Below the pieces are notes generated by a model, which ran no database searches, had not been told where the DNA came from, and was given only the letters and a program-made list of their open reading frames with translations. 24,000 nt of DNA from Candidatus Hodarchaeota archaeon (GTDB lineage: Archaea > Asgardarchaeota > Heimdallarchaeia > Hodarchaeales > Hodarchaeaceae): positions 58,575-82,574 of the forward strand of contig JBHLKP010000002.1 of NCBI GenBank assembly GCA_048886525.1. The letters are read 5' to 3'. The translations under genes and the position numbers were made by a program. Below, piece after piece: positions 16,709 to 24,000 of the stretch. The stretch's first letter is position 1. Every line of letters begins with the position of its first letter.

Positions 16709-17626
16709 TTGACCAAACTATCTTTTCACAGAATTAAAACCAAGTATAACGGATTATTTACAAAAAAACGTCAAGCAGTCTCTCCCGTGCTAGCTACTGT
16801 TATAATTTTCGGATTGATAATTACTGGGGTAATGCTAACTTTTATTCAAGTTGTCCCGTATATCGAGAAAGCTCAAAGTGAGGAGACAATTTCATCCGTA
16901 CAAAATAGTTTTCTGGATTTGGATTGGACTATTCGATCTTTAATGAGTGAAAGTGGAGGACTAGGTGCTTTTCGTACCGTTCTAATTACAGCACCTGCAG
17001 GCAGAATCACATTCAAAGAAGAATATCACCATATTTCCTTAAAAATGGTAGACCAAGAGGAAAATGAGTTATATAGTATAATGGAGTCCCAAGGTATTGG
17101 AGTTCTTGATTGGATTTATAACAGTCCTCAGTCCATCCTCCCTAGAGGTACTACAATGTATTTAACTGGAGCTGATCCCTATAAAGTTAGAGATCCGGTC
17201 TTCATAACTGGGCCTTTTGCTAAATCAGGAGTAAATACAGAATTAACAAATCTAACGCTAAGTCATCAGAGATCTGACCGAAGACATCACATAACCTTAA
17301 ATTATCGCATATCGGTTTACATAACGATTTCTACAAACCCTGAACCAGAAATTCGTTTTCAGATATTTTTCATCCATCTTTCATCTGACTTCAATAGCAT
17401 TGTACGTTCATATGAACAAATTAAGATCCATTCATTACAAAATGTCTCCATCCCCCGAACAATAGCCATAAACTCTGATGTATCAACATTAGATCTCGTT
17501 TGGAGCTCAGGAGACACTCAAAATTCTCTTTGGAGTACACGAACAATACAAGGTCTTTCACAAGTCAATTTCTTCAATGTTATTGTACAAACATCAATAT
17601 TTGAGATTGGTCTCTCAATTTCCTGA
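16709..17626 (+). CDS. Archaeal type IV pilin-like protein (Pilin_N/DUF1628-type class III signal peptide) with a large extracellular domain
   Basis: The N-terminus ...FTKKRQAVSPVLATVIIFGLIITGVMLTFI matches the [KR]-x-AVSPV[IL]-hydrophobic archaeal prepilin signature. TTG start (no ATG in the 5' part). First gene of the same-strand cluster. Confidence 0.7.
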   Translation: MTKLSFHRIKTKYNGLFTKKRQAVSPVLATVIIFGLIITGVMLTFIQVVPYIEKAQSEETISSVQNSFLDLDWTIRSLMSESGGLGAFRTVLITAPAGRITFKEEYHHISLKMVDQEENELYSIMESQGIGVLDWIYNSPQSILPRGTTMYLTGADPYKVRDPVFITGPFAKSGVNTELTNLTLSHQRSDRRHHITLNYRISVYITISTNPEPEIRFQIFFIHLSSDFNSIVRSYEQIKIHSLQNVSIPRTIAINSDVSTLDLVWSSGDTQNSLWSTRTIQGLSQVNFFNVIVQTSIFEIGLSIS

Positions 17627-17654
17627 CAATTCACTGTTATAAGAGTAATTAACC

Positions 17655-18104
17655 ATGGCATCGCAATACATCACATTTATGATTGTGTTTACACTTGGTT
17701 TGACAATGGTTATTGTAACGAATAATATGTTTACAACAATGAGTAAGCAATTCCAATTAAACATCGCTGAATTTGAAATGAACCAAATACTTGAGGAAAT
17801 ACAAATGCAAATTCTACAAAACCTGTTACTCCTTAGTTCTTTTGATCAAACTATTGAACAGCACTTAAATCTGCCTGTAAATCTAGCTCAGGGATTTGGT
17901 TACACTATTGAAATTTCTAATTCTACTAATAATGATATAATCTTGTATGGTACCACTTTCAACAAAGATATTAGTCAAACAATGACCTTTTCAATCAGGT
18001 CAGGTTATTTAATAAAAGCTCAAGGTGAATTTCAAAGTACATCACTTATGCTTTCAGTACGAACTGAAAAAATTGGTACGGATATTCTAATTACAATTTC
18101 ATAA
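17655..18104 (+). CDS. Small N-terminally anchored protein of the pilus operon (possible minor pilin with a minimal MAS/Q leader)
   Basis: MASQYITFMIVFTLGLTMVIVTNN: Gln followed directly by a roughly 20-residue hydrophobic helix, then a soluble domain. It lies 28 nt after the previous gene. I recognise no family. Confidence 0.45.
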   Translation: MASQYITFMIVFTLGLTMVIVTNNMFTTMSKQFQLNIAEFEMNQILEEIQMQILQNLLLLSSFDQTIEQHLNLPVNLAQGFGYTIEISNSTNNDIILYGTTFNKDISQTMTFSIRSGYLIKAQGEFQSTSLMLSVRTEKIGTDILITIS

Positions 18105-18264
18105 CATTACTTCCTAAAATAACATAAACTTAAGTCATAGAGTCTTTAGATGTAAGAAAACTAAATCGGTAAATTATTAAGAAAAATAGACTAAAATAAA
18201 GATAAGAATTGGAATGATACTTTTTATCATAATTTCAACACAAAAAATTAGGAGTTGAAAATAA

Positions 18265-19773
18265 ATGGCAGAATCGAGTAGCCTAATACGAGAAACATAT
18301 CCTTTGATCCCACCATTCAGCTACGCTTTAGTGGCGACTGACCCTGAAACCAAACAAACAAAATATACAGTAGTTGAGGTGCCATTAAGCACTAAAGAGA
18401 AAGATATTCTAGAAATGATCAAAAATATTCTTGAAGAGGAACTGGATGTTGATTTCAACGTATTACAATCCCCTGAAATTGCACGTGATTATCTTCGAGG
18501 GAAGGTAATTGGAATAGCAAAGAATTATGGATTAAAATTGGATGAAAAAACTTTTGATAAGATAAATTATCATATTACGAGAGATTTTGTTGGTTTTGGT
18601 CCAATAGATGCCATGTTAAAGGATCATAACGTTGAAGATATTTCCTGCGATGGTGTTGGTATCCCTGTTTATATTTGGCACAGAAAATTTGAAAGTATTC
18701 AAACCAACATCAAATTTGATGAGGAGGATATATTAGACGCATTTATTATAAAATTGGCACAAAGGGCAGGGAGACACATCAGTGTTGCCAGACCACTTCT
18801 TGATGCCGCTCTTCCAGATGGTAGTAGGCTGCAACTTACCTATGGAAGAGAAGTTACTCAACGAGGAAGCACGTTCACTATAAGGAAATTCCGTTCGGAT
18901 CCATTAACTATTACTGACATGGTAATTTTTAACACTATAGATGAGGACTTAGCAGCTTTCTTGTGGTATATACTAGAGAATAGAAACTCCATTGTTATTG
19001 CAGGAGGAACCGCTGCAGGTAAGACGTCTTTACTGAATAGTTTAGCAATGTTTATTCGGCCTGGAATGAAAATTGTTTCAATCGAAGATACTGCAGAATT
19101 ACATATTCCTCATGAAAATTGGATTCCAGCCGTAGCGAGAGAAGGATATGGTGGACGAGAGGTAGATGGATCAAGAAGGGGAGAAGTATCGATGTATGAG
19201 TTACTACGTGCTGCTCTTAGACAGAGACCTGATTATCTTTTTGTCGGAGAAGTGAGAGGTGCTGAAGCATACAATCTTTTTCAAGCGATGGCAACAGGAC
19301 ATACTGGTATGGGAACAATTCATGGTGACAGTGTAACAGGCACGATTAGGCGACTAGAGAATGAACCAATGAATATTCCACGTACTTTGATACAAACGTT
19401 GAATCTTCTGCTAGTTCTTCGAAAAGTTCGTCGCGGGGATAAACAAGTACGACGAGTGATCGAGTGTACGGAAATTGTAGGTATTGATCCAGTTACTACT
19501 GAGCTCATTACAAACAAAGTATTTGGCTGGAATGCTCGTGAAGACGCCTTTATTAATTATGGACGATCTTATGCTCTCGAAGGTATTCAGGAATCTCAAG
19601 GTTTGACGGAAACTCAGGTCTATGATGAATTAGAAAGAAGAAAAACTATTTTGCGCTGGATGGTTAAGAAGAAGCTCGCTCATTATACTCAAGTTTCTGA
19701 GGTAGTGAATAGTTACTATCAAAGCGCTTTTGAGACTGTTGATAGAGCAAAAAGAGAATTGAAAGCTATATGA
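18265..19773 (+). CDS. Type II/IV secretion-family hexameric ATPase (archaeal FlaI/ArlI - TadA/CpaF - EpdL class)
   Basis: Walker A GGTAAGKTSLLNSL, Asp box IVSIEDTAEL, Walker B PDYLFVGEVRGAEA, His box GHTGMGTIHG. An N-terminal FlaI-like domain is present (IEDISCDG). AGGAG SD upstream. Confidence 0.92.
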   Translation: MAESSSLIRETYPLIPPFSYALVATDPETKQTKYTVVEVPLSTKEKDILEMIKNILEEELDVDFNVLQSPEIARDYLRGKVIGIAKNYGLKLDEKTFDKINYHITRDFVGFGPIDAMLKDHNVEDISCDGVGIPVYIWHRKFESIQTNIKFDEEDILDAFIIKLAQRAGRHISVARPLLDAALPDGSRLQLTYGREVTQRGSTFTIRKFRSDPLTITDMVIFNTIDEDLAAFLWYILENRNSIVIAGGTAAGKTSLLNSLAMFIRPGMKIVSIEDTAELHIPHENWIPAVAREGYGGREVDGSRRGEVSMYELLRAALRQRPDYLFVGEVRGAEAYNLFQAMATGHTGMGTIHGDSVTGTIRRLENEPMNIPRTLIQTLNLLLVLRKVRRGDKQVRRVIECTEIVGIDPVTTELITNKVFGWNAREDAFINYGRSYALEGIQESQGLTETQVYDELERRKTILRWMVKKKLAHYTQVSEVVNSYYQSAFETVDRAKRELKAI

Positions 19774-19798
19774 ATAAGAATTTTCGGAGTGTTTTCTT

Positions 19799-20707
19799 GT
19801 GAGTAAGGTTATAAGAAGGGTTGGTTACCTTAGATTTGGTAAATTCTTGGAATCGTGGATAGAAAAAGGGCGATTTGAAAGGTTAAACCGTAGTTTAAAA
19901 ACTGCAGGAATGGATATTTCAGTACGAGCGTACCTTGGAAGTGCGATTTTCAGTTCGATTCTTGTAGGATTTTTCACATTTACAATAACAGTAGTAATAA
20001 TTTACATTTTACTTCCAAATATTGCCCCTTCTACTCCTATGGAAAATTTACCCATAATTTCTATTGTGCTAGGATTGATATCAGGGGTAGTTTGTGGCAT
20101 TATAACCTATTTCCCTTTTCTATATTGGCCTCAGATGAAAGCAAGTGATAGAAAAATTCTAATTGAAGCTGCACTGCCTTCAACAGCGTCCTATTTGTCT
20201 GCAATGTCCAGTTCAGGAGTTCCACCAAACCGATTATTTTATTCACTAGCAGGAGAAGAGTCTGTTGCTCAAGAAATTTCCAAAGAAAGTAAAAGGATTA
20301 CAAGAGACATTGAGATTTTTGGTTATGATATTCTCAAAGCAATGCGTACGGCAAGTGATCGATCACCATCTGCTAAGTTTTCAAAATTCTTAGAGGGTAT
20401 GTCTGCTACAATTACAAGCGGAGGAGACCTTACATTCTATCTTTCTGCAGAATCAAAAGCATTAATGAAATTAAAAGAGGAAGAAACTAAGGAATTCATT
20501 GAACAACTAGGAGTTTTAGCAGAAATATTCATGATTCTGGGGGTTGTAGCTCCATTATTCTTTGTTGTAATTATTGCAATTCTAGCAGTAATATCACCCG
20601 AAACTACTTTCGGCGCAATTGCAATGATATTCTTAACTTACATTCTTATGCCTATTCTTTTGACCATGATGATTCTTTTGATTAGCACGATCACTAGAGA
20701 GATTTAA
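19799..20707 (+). CDS. Type IV filament membrane platform protein, single T2SSF domain (FlaJ/TadB/EpdJ-like), first of two
   Basis: The cytoplasmic T2SSF-type domain (LPSTASYLSAMSSSGVPPNRLFYSLAGEE...ISKESKRITRDIEIFGYDILKAMR...FSKFLEGMSATITSGGDL) is flanked by TM helices. GTG start lies 9 nt after GGAG. Confidence 0.8.
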   Translation: MSKVIRRVGYLRFGKFLESWIEKGRFERLNRSLKTAGMDISVRAYLGSAIFSSILVGFFTFTITVVIIYILLPNIAPSTPMENLPIISIVLGLISGVVCGIITYFPFLYWPQMKASDRKILIEAALPSTASYLSAMSSSGVPPNRLFYSLAGEESVAQEISKESKRITRDIEIFGYDILKAMRTASDRSPSAKFSKFLEGMSATITSGGDLTFYLSAESKALMKLKEEETKEFIEQLGVLAEIFMILGVVAPLFFVVIIAILAVISPETTFGAIAMIFLTYILMPILLTMMILLISTITREI

Positions 20708-20725
20708 TCTAATACTGGAGGTAAA

Positions 20726-21667
20726 ATGACTATGCCTAAACTATCAAAAAAGCGGGAAAAGGAATTCTGGATTCTTTCACTAATACTCTTCATAATATCA
20801 GCATTTATTTCATCATTTTTTTACATCCCAGTTTTAATACACATTCGTGATATAGCCACCCCTGAAGTGCCCTCATTCCTTAACTCTATTAGAGAAGTAT
20901 TTTCTTTTCAAAACATTTTTGATATAATAGACTTAACCGTAATTACAATATTTTCACTTATTTTAATTCCTGCTTGGGCTTACCATTCAAATCAAAAGTG
21001 GCGTGATGATATTGATGATAATATTCCTGCATTATTACGGGAGATTTCTGACGCTCAAAAAACTGGTCTTCCTTTACCTCGTGCTATTCTAGAAGCATCA
21101 AAACACCAATATGGTGCACTTACACCTGAATTAGGAAAAATGGCGGCAAAAATCAGCTGGGGAATCCCTTTTAGCAAGGCTTTGAGGAGTTTAACCGAAA
21201 CAGCAGATACTCCCTTGATGAAAAGAACTTCATTACTGATACTCGAAGCAGAACGTTCAGGAGGAGCAATCGAAGATGTTTTTGAGTCTGCTCATAACCA
21301 TGTTTCAGAAATCTTAGGATTAAAGAGAGAAAGATTAGGTTCGATGAAACCTTATAGATGGATAATTTATGCTTCCTTCATTGTCTTTTCTATTGTTATG
21401 ATAATTCTACTAATATCGTTCTTTAAAGAGCTAGCTATTCAAATGGTTGACGCTGTTATTAATGAACAGAAAGCAAATGCGAAGCTTCCTTTTAATCTTG
21501 CGGGTATTCAGTTGATATTCTTCCACCTAATGGTTATAGAGGCTATTTTTGCAGGTTTAATTGCTGGCAAGATGAGTCAAGGAGATGCAAAACTCGGTTT
21601 ACGAGATTCATGCATACTTCTAGCTATTTGTTATTTTTTCTTTAAACTTGCAGTCATTTTTACTTAA
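20726..21667 (+). CDS. Type IV filament membrane platform protein, single T2SSF domain (FlaJ/TadC/EpdK-like), second of two
   Basis: NIPALLREISDAQKTGLPLPRAILEASKHQYGALTPELGKMAAKISWGIPFSKALRSL...LILEAERSGGAIEDVF is a T2SSF-type domain. TM helices lie on both sides. GGAGGT SD precedes the ATG. Confidence 0.8.
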   Translation: MTMPKLSKKREKEFWILSLILFIISAFISSFFYIPVLIHIRDIATPEVPSFLNSIREVFSFQNIFDIIDLTVITIFSLILIPAWAYHSNQKWRDDIDDNIPALLREISDAQKTGLPLPRAILEASKHQYGALTPELGKMAAKISWGIPFSKALRSLTETADTPLMKRTSLLILEAERSGGAIEDVFESAHNHVSEILGLKRERLGSMKPYRWIIYASFIVFSIVMIILLISFFKELAIQMVDAVINEQKANAKLPFNLAGIQLIFFHLMVIEAIFAGLIAGKMSQGDAKLGLRDSCILLAICYFFFKLAVIFT

Positions 21668-21686
21668 TAATTGGAGGTATTCATTC

Positions 21687-22145
21687 ATGGGTAAAGAAGA
21701 AAAAATGTTGGCAGAATTATTAGAAAAGGTAGGTACTCTTGAGGATAAACTTACAAATATGGAATTCCTAATGGTTCAGGGAATGGGAGGCGGTGGAGGA
21801 GCGGTTCCTACATCACTTACTACAACTTCAACCCCATCCATTCAAACAGGACCAGTAGAAGTTAATTTAGCACCTCTAGAAAATAGGATTTCCCAACTTG
21901 AGACAAGTATTTCTAATATTATGAATAATCTAAATAGCTTGAGCGATTTAACTTCAAAATTAGCTACTGAAAAATCAAAAAAAGCAGATGAATTGATTAC
22001 ACAAGCAACATCACTGCTAGAAAAGGGACTCGCATTAACAGAACTAGAAACAACCATGTTGGAATTAAAAGACCGCATTGAAGAGATTATTGTACAACTT
22101 GAAGTATCTAATGTTGGTGCTGCTAGTGATGATCTACAATCCTAG
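21687..22145 (+). CDS. Soluble coiled-coil protein with Gly5 hinge and Thr/Ser-rich spacer, unknown family, embedded in the pilus operon
   Basis: The ATG at 21687 lies 9 nt after GGAGGT, so the track start at 21648 overlaps the previous gene and is less likely. It has no TM segment. Heptad-like regions are MLAELLEKVGTLEDKLTNMEF and LENRISQLETSISNIMNNLNSLSDLTSKLATEKSKKADELITQATSLLEKGLALTELETTMLELKDRIEEIIVQLE. Confidence 0.6.
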   Translation: MGKEEKMLAELLEKVGTLEDKLTNMEFLMVQGMGGGGGAVPTSLTTTSTPSIQTGPVEVNLAPLENRISQLETSISNIMNNLNSLSDLTSKLATEKSKKADELITQATSLLEKGLALTELETTMLELKDRIEEIIVQLEVSNVGAASDDLQS

Positions 22146-22181
22146 TTAGTTTATATTTAAATTTAAAGAAAGGCAGATAAG

Positions 22182-23363
22182 ATGTGTTTTTCAAGTCTTA
22201 AAAAACGACGACGTGGACAAATTAGAGCTGTCGACTTTGTTGTAAGTCTTTTTCTTTTCTTACTTATGTTATCTCAATTAATTCTTATTATTATCAATGT
22301 TCAAAACGATGTAACAAGAAGTGGAATTGCAGATATTACTTATGAAGAACTGGATATATTTGGGAGGCAATTACTTGAGCAAGAAGGAGGGGTTTTTTGG
22401 GGTTATCAGAAAAACCTCCCTGATTCATTTGGATTAGCTGATTCGACTTCTAAGATTCCCTTAAAACTATCTGCCGCAAAAATTGCTCGACTTATCACTG
22501 GCACGACATTTTCAATTTCTGGCATGACGGGTTATGAGATGTTTGATTATTCTACTGTTAAGGACATCACCAATTTAGATCAAAGATACAATTTTCAGTT
22601 AAGTTTTTCCCCCTGTTTAGTCGTTAACGTAGTTGTTTCAACTTTAAATGTAACAGCAAACCTTGTAGAAGTATTTGTTACCAATTATCAAGATATCTCT
22701 ATCTCTAATGCTCAAGTTCACTTCTACACCATTGATTTAACGAACGGTGACGCAATTCTGGAAGGAATTGTTTCAACAAATTCTACTGGTGGAGCCTCAC
22801 ATGAGTATCTTATTCCTAATATCAATGACCCTGATAGTGAACATATAACTTTCGTAATTGTAAGAAAAAACGCACTTTGGGGGATTAACTGGGCCTATGC
22901 AAAAGAAGGGTTACCCACAGAAAGAGTCACTATTGGGAATGAGTCCAACACTACAATCTGGGGTGGTGGGATTAATAGCTCCAGTATGTTGATATCCGAT
23001 AGTATAGAAATCAGTATTCCCCCTGATAACCATTTTTTATCTATTTTGTACGAGGATTCTTCTTTAAATTTTATTAATAAAACCATTGATTTAGGTAACA
23101 ACTATGAAAGTAATGAGACAATTTCAATCCCGAACAATGGATTAATATTCTTTTTTAGTATTGCACGAGAAAATAATTTATTTAAAGTAGGAATAGGGTC
23201 TTATCCAGCAATTTTAGATCAAGATTCGGTCAGTGGAAAGTTTTATCGAGTATTTGGACAGATTGACTCTGGCGACAACATTAAGGCAATGTTATCAAAG
23301 ATTTATCCTGTTATCGTCAGAGGGACTTTGATGCGATGCCAAGTAACTCTCTGGAGTAGATGA
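22182..23363 (+). CDS. Large pilin-like/pilus-associated extracellular protein with class III signal peptide (RRGQ)
   Basis: KKRRRGQIRAVDFVVSLFLFLLMLSQLILII is a basic leader, Gly-Gln, then a hydrophobic helix. The roughly 350-aa extracellular part carries at least seven N-x-S/T sequons (NVT, NST, NES, NTT, NSS, NKT, NET). Confidence 0.65.
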   Translation: MCFSSLKKRRRGQIRAVDFVVSLFLFLLMLSQLILIIINVQNDVTRSGIADITYEELDIFGRQLLEQEGGVFWGYQKNLPDSFGLADSTSKIPLKLSAAKIARLITGTTFSISGMTGYEMFDYSTVKDITNLDQRYNFQLSFSPCLVVNVVVSTLNVTANLVEVFVTNYQDISISNAQVHFYTIDLTNGDAILEGIVSTNSTGGASHEYLIPNINDPDSEHITFVIVRKNALWGINWAYAKEGLPTERVTIGNESNTTIWGGGINSSSMLISDSIEISIPPDNHFLSILYEDSSLNFINKTIDLGNNYESNETISIPNNGLIFFFSIARENNLFKVGIGSYPAILDQDSVSGKFYRVFGQIDSGDNIKAMLSKIYPVIVRGTLMRCQVTLWSR

Positions 23364-23367
23364 AGTT

Positions 23368-23880
23368 ATGAGTAGAAAGAAAAAGAATTCTCACAGAGGG
23401 CAGCTTCAGATTGCAGAAACTTTAGTTTCTGTTGCTCTAATGTTAGTTCTTGCACTTTTACTGATAAACGTAGCAAAACAGAGCGTTGTACCTTATTCCA
23501 ACGTTGAAAATCTAGATCGAGTAGCTTCAGATATACTCACTACCACGGATGAAGCTGGATTACTCCGACCGGTGATATATCTTTATAGCATTAATTCATT
23601 TGAGTTAGATTATTTATCATATAGAAGTTCGTTGGATAATTTTATTTCATCAGTAGTTTCAAATAAAATAGGTTATGCGATCATTGCTCATAGAATAATT
23701 AATGGTTCGGTAGATCAGAATTATTTCACACTAATTGGTACCCCCGCAGAGATTATTGCTTTGCAAAATACTGGTGAAGGAAGCGTTACAAATTATTTCC
23801 TTGGTTCCTTTTCATCAGCAACATATGGTTTGCATTACACGCAATTTCTCGTTCGATTATACTTATGGGAGAAGACCTAG
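23368..23880 (+). CDS. Pilin-like protein with class III signal peptide (HRGQ)
   Basis: MSRKKKNSHRGQLQIAETLVSVALMLVLALLLINV. Starts 4 nt after the previous stop. Confidence 0.65.
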   Translation: MSRKKKNSHRGQLQIAETLVSVALMLVLALLLINVAKQSVVPYSNVENLDRVASDILTTTDEAGLLRPVIYLYSINSFELDYLSYRSSLDNFISSVVSNKIGYAIIAHRIINGSVDQNYFTLIGTPAEIIALQNTGEGSVTNYFLGSFSSATYGLHYTQFLVRLYLWEKT

Positions 23881-24000
23881 ATGTTGTACATTAGGAAACT
23901 AACTCAATTTCGTCGTGGACAAATGTTTATTCTAGCCACAATGCTGATTGCAGTTTATATAGTAACAATGGCAGCTGCTTTGATGAGTATTGGATCTCAA
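23881..24000 (+). CDS. Pilin-like protein with class III signal peptide (RRGQ), 5' part only; continues beyond the window
   Basis: The ATG directly abuts the previous TAG. MLYIRKLTQFRRGQMFILATMLIAVYIVTMAAALMSIGSQ stays open to the window end. Confidence 0.55.
   Translation, partial: MLYIRKLTQFRRGQMFILATMLIAVYIVTMAAALMSIGSQ

Noticed and set aside
16709-21667. Interpreting the ATPase/platform cluster as an archaellum (fla/arl) operon
   Set aside because: There is no archaellin-type gene and no KaiC-like FlaH/ArlH between the small proteins and the ATPase. The platform is split in two, and the pilin-like proteins carry Q(+1) leaders. Together these fit an adhesion-pilus (Epd/Tad-like) system better.
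21648-21686. Upstream start of the coiled-coil ORF overlapping the platform gene
   Set aside because: The ATG at 21687 has a well-spaced GGAGGT box. The upstream 13 codons overlap the end of the preceding gene and look non-coding (MQSFLLNNWRYSF).
8945-23101. Antisense ORFs in the middle and right parts: 8945-9133, 9410-9604, 10637-10819, 19320-19517, 19411-19599, 21842-22078, 22895-23101
   Set aside because: Each is embedded opposite a longer, better-supported gene, with no SD box or recognisable motif. They are treated as shadow ORFs.
1-24000. CRISPR arrays, transposases/integrases, terminal inverted repeats or other mobile-element hallmarks, in particular around the glnS/tRNA-Gln cluster
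   Set aside because: By-eye scanning found no regularly spaced repeats, recombinase-like ORFs or duplicated tRNA 3' halves (att-like sites). Horizontal origin of glnS therefore cannot be supported from flanking-element evidence in this window.

Overview
AT-rich archaeal chromosomal segment. Archaeal markers are RadA, a RIO2 kinase, a DUF460-like protein, a tRNA intron with a bulge-helix-bulge (BHB) motif, class III (prepilin-type) signal peptides and a PGF-CTERM sorting signal. Most genes have GGAGG-like Shine-Dalgarno (SD) boxes, and several use TTG or GTG starts (2983, 14167, 16709, 19799). Left third (1-8546): a RIO2 kinase/DUF460 tandem, a three-component ABC importer (ATPase divergent from a binding protein plus a fused double permease), and two orphan membrane proteins. 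Middle (8721-16408): an archaeal-adenylate-kinase-like / nucleoside-deoxyribosyltransferase-like fusion, a HAD phosphatase, and an EMAP-domain RNA-binding protein. It also holds a bacterial-architecture glutaminyl-tRNA synthetase lying next to both tRNA-Gln isoacceptor genes (one with a 30-nt intron at a non-canonical position), a cyclase-family protein with a degenerate metal motif, a decayed GNAT pseudogene, and radA. Right third (16709-24000): a tightly packed same-strand cluster of at least 9 genes encoding a type IV filament system. It has a FlaI/TadA-family ATPase, a platform protein split into two genes, a coiled-coil protein and five proteins with prepilin-like N-termini that all place Gln before the hydrophobic helix. 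It continues past the window end. No CRISPR array, transposase, integrase or rRNA was seen. The two loci most worth follow-up are the GlnRS/tRNA-Gln/EMAP cluster and the type IV filament operon. All family assignments are by-eye motif recognition, not database searches.
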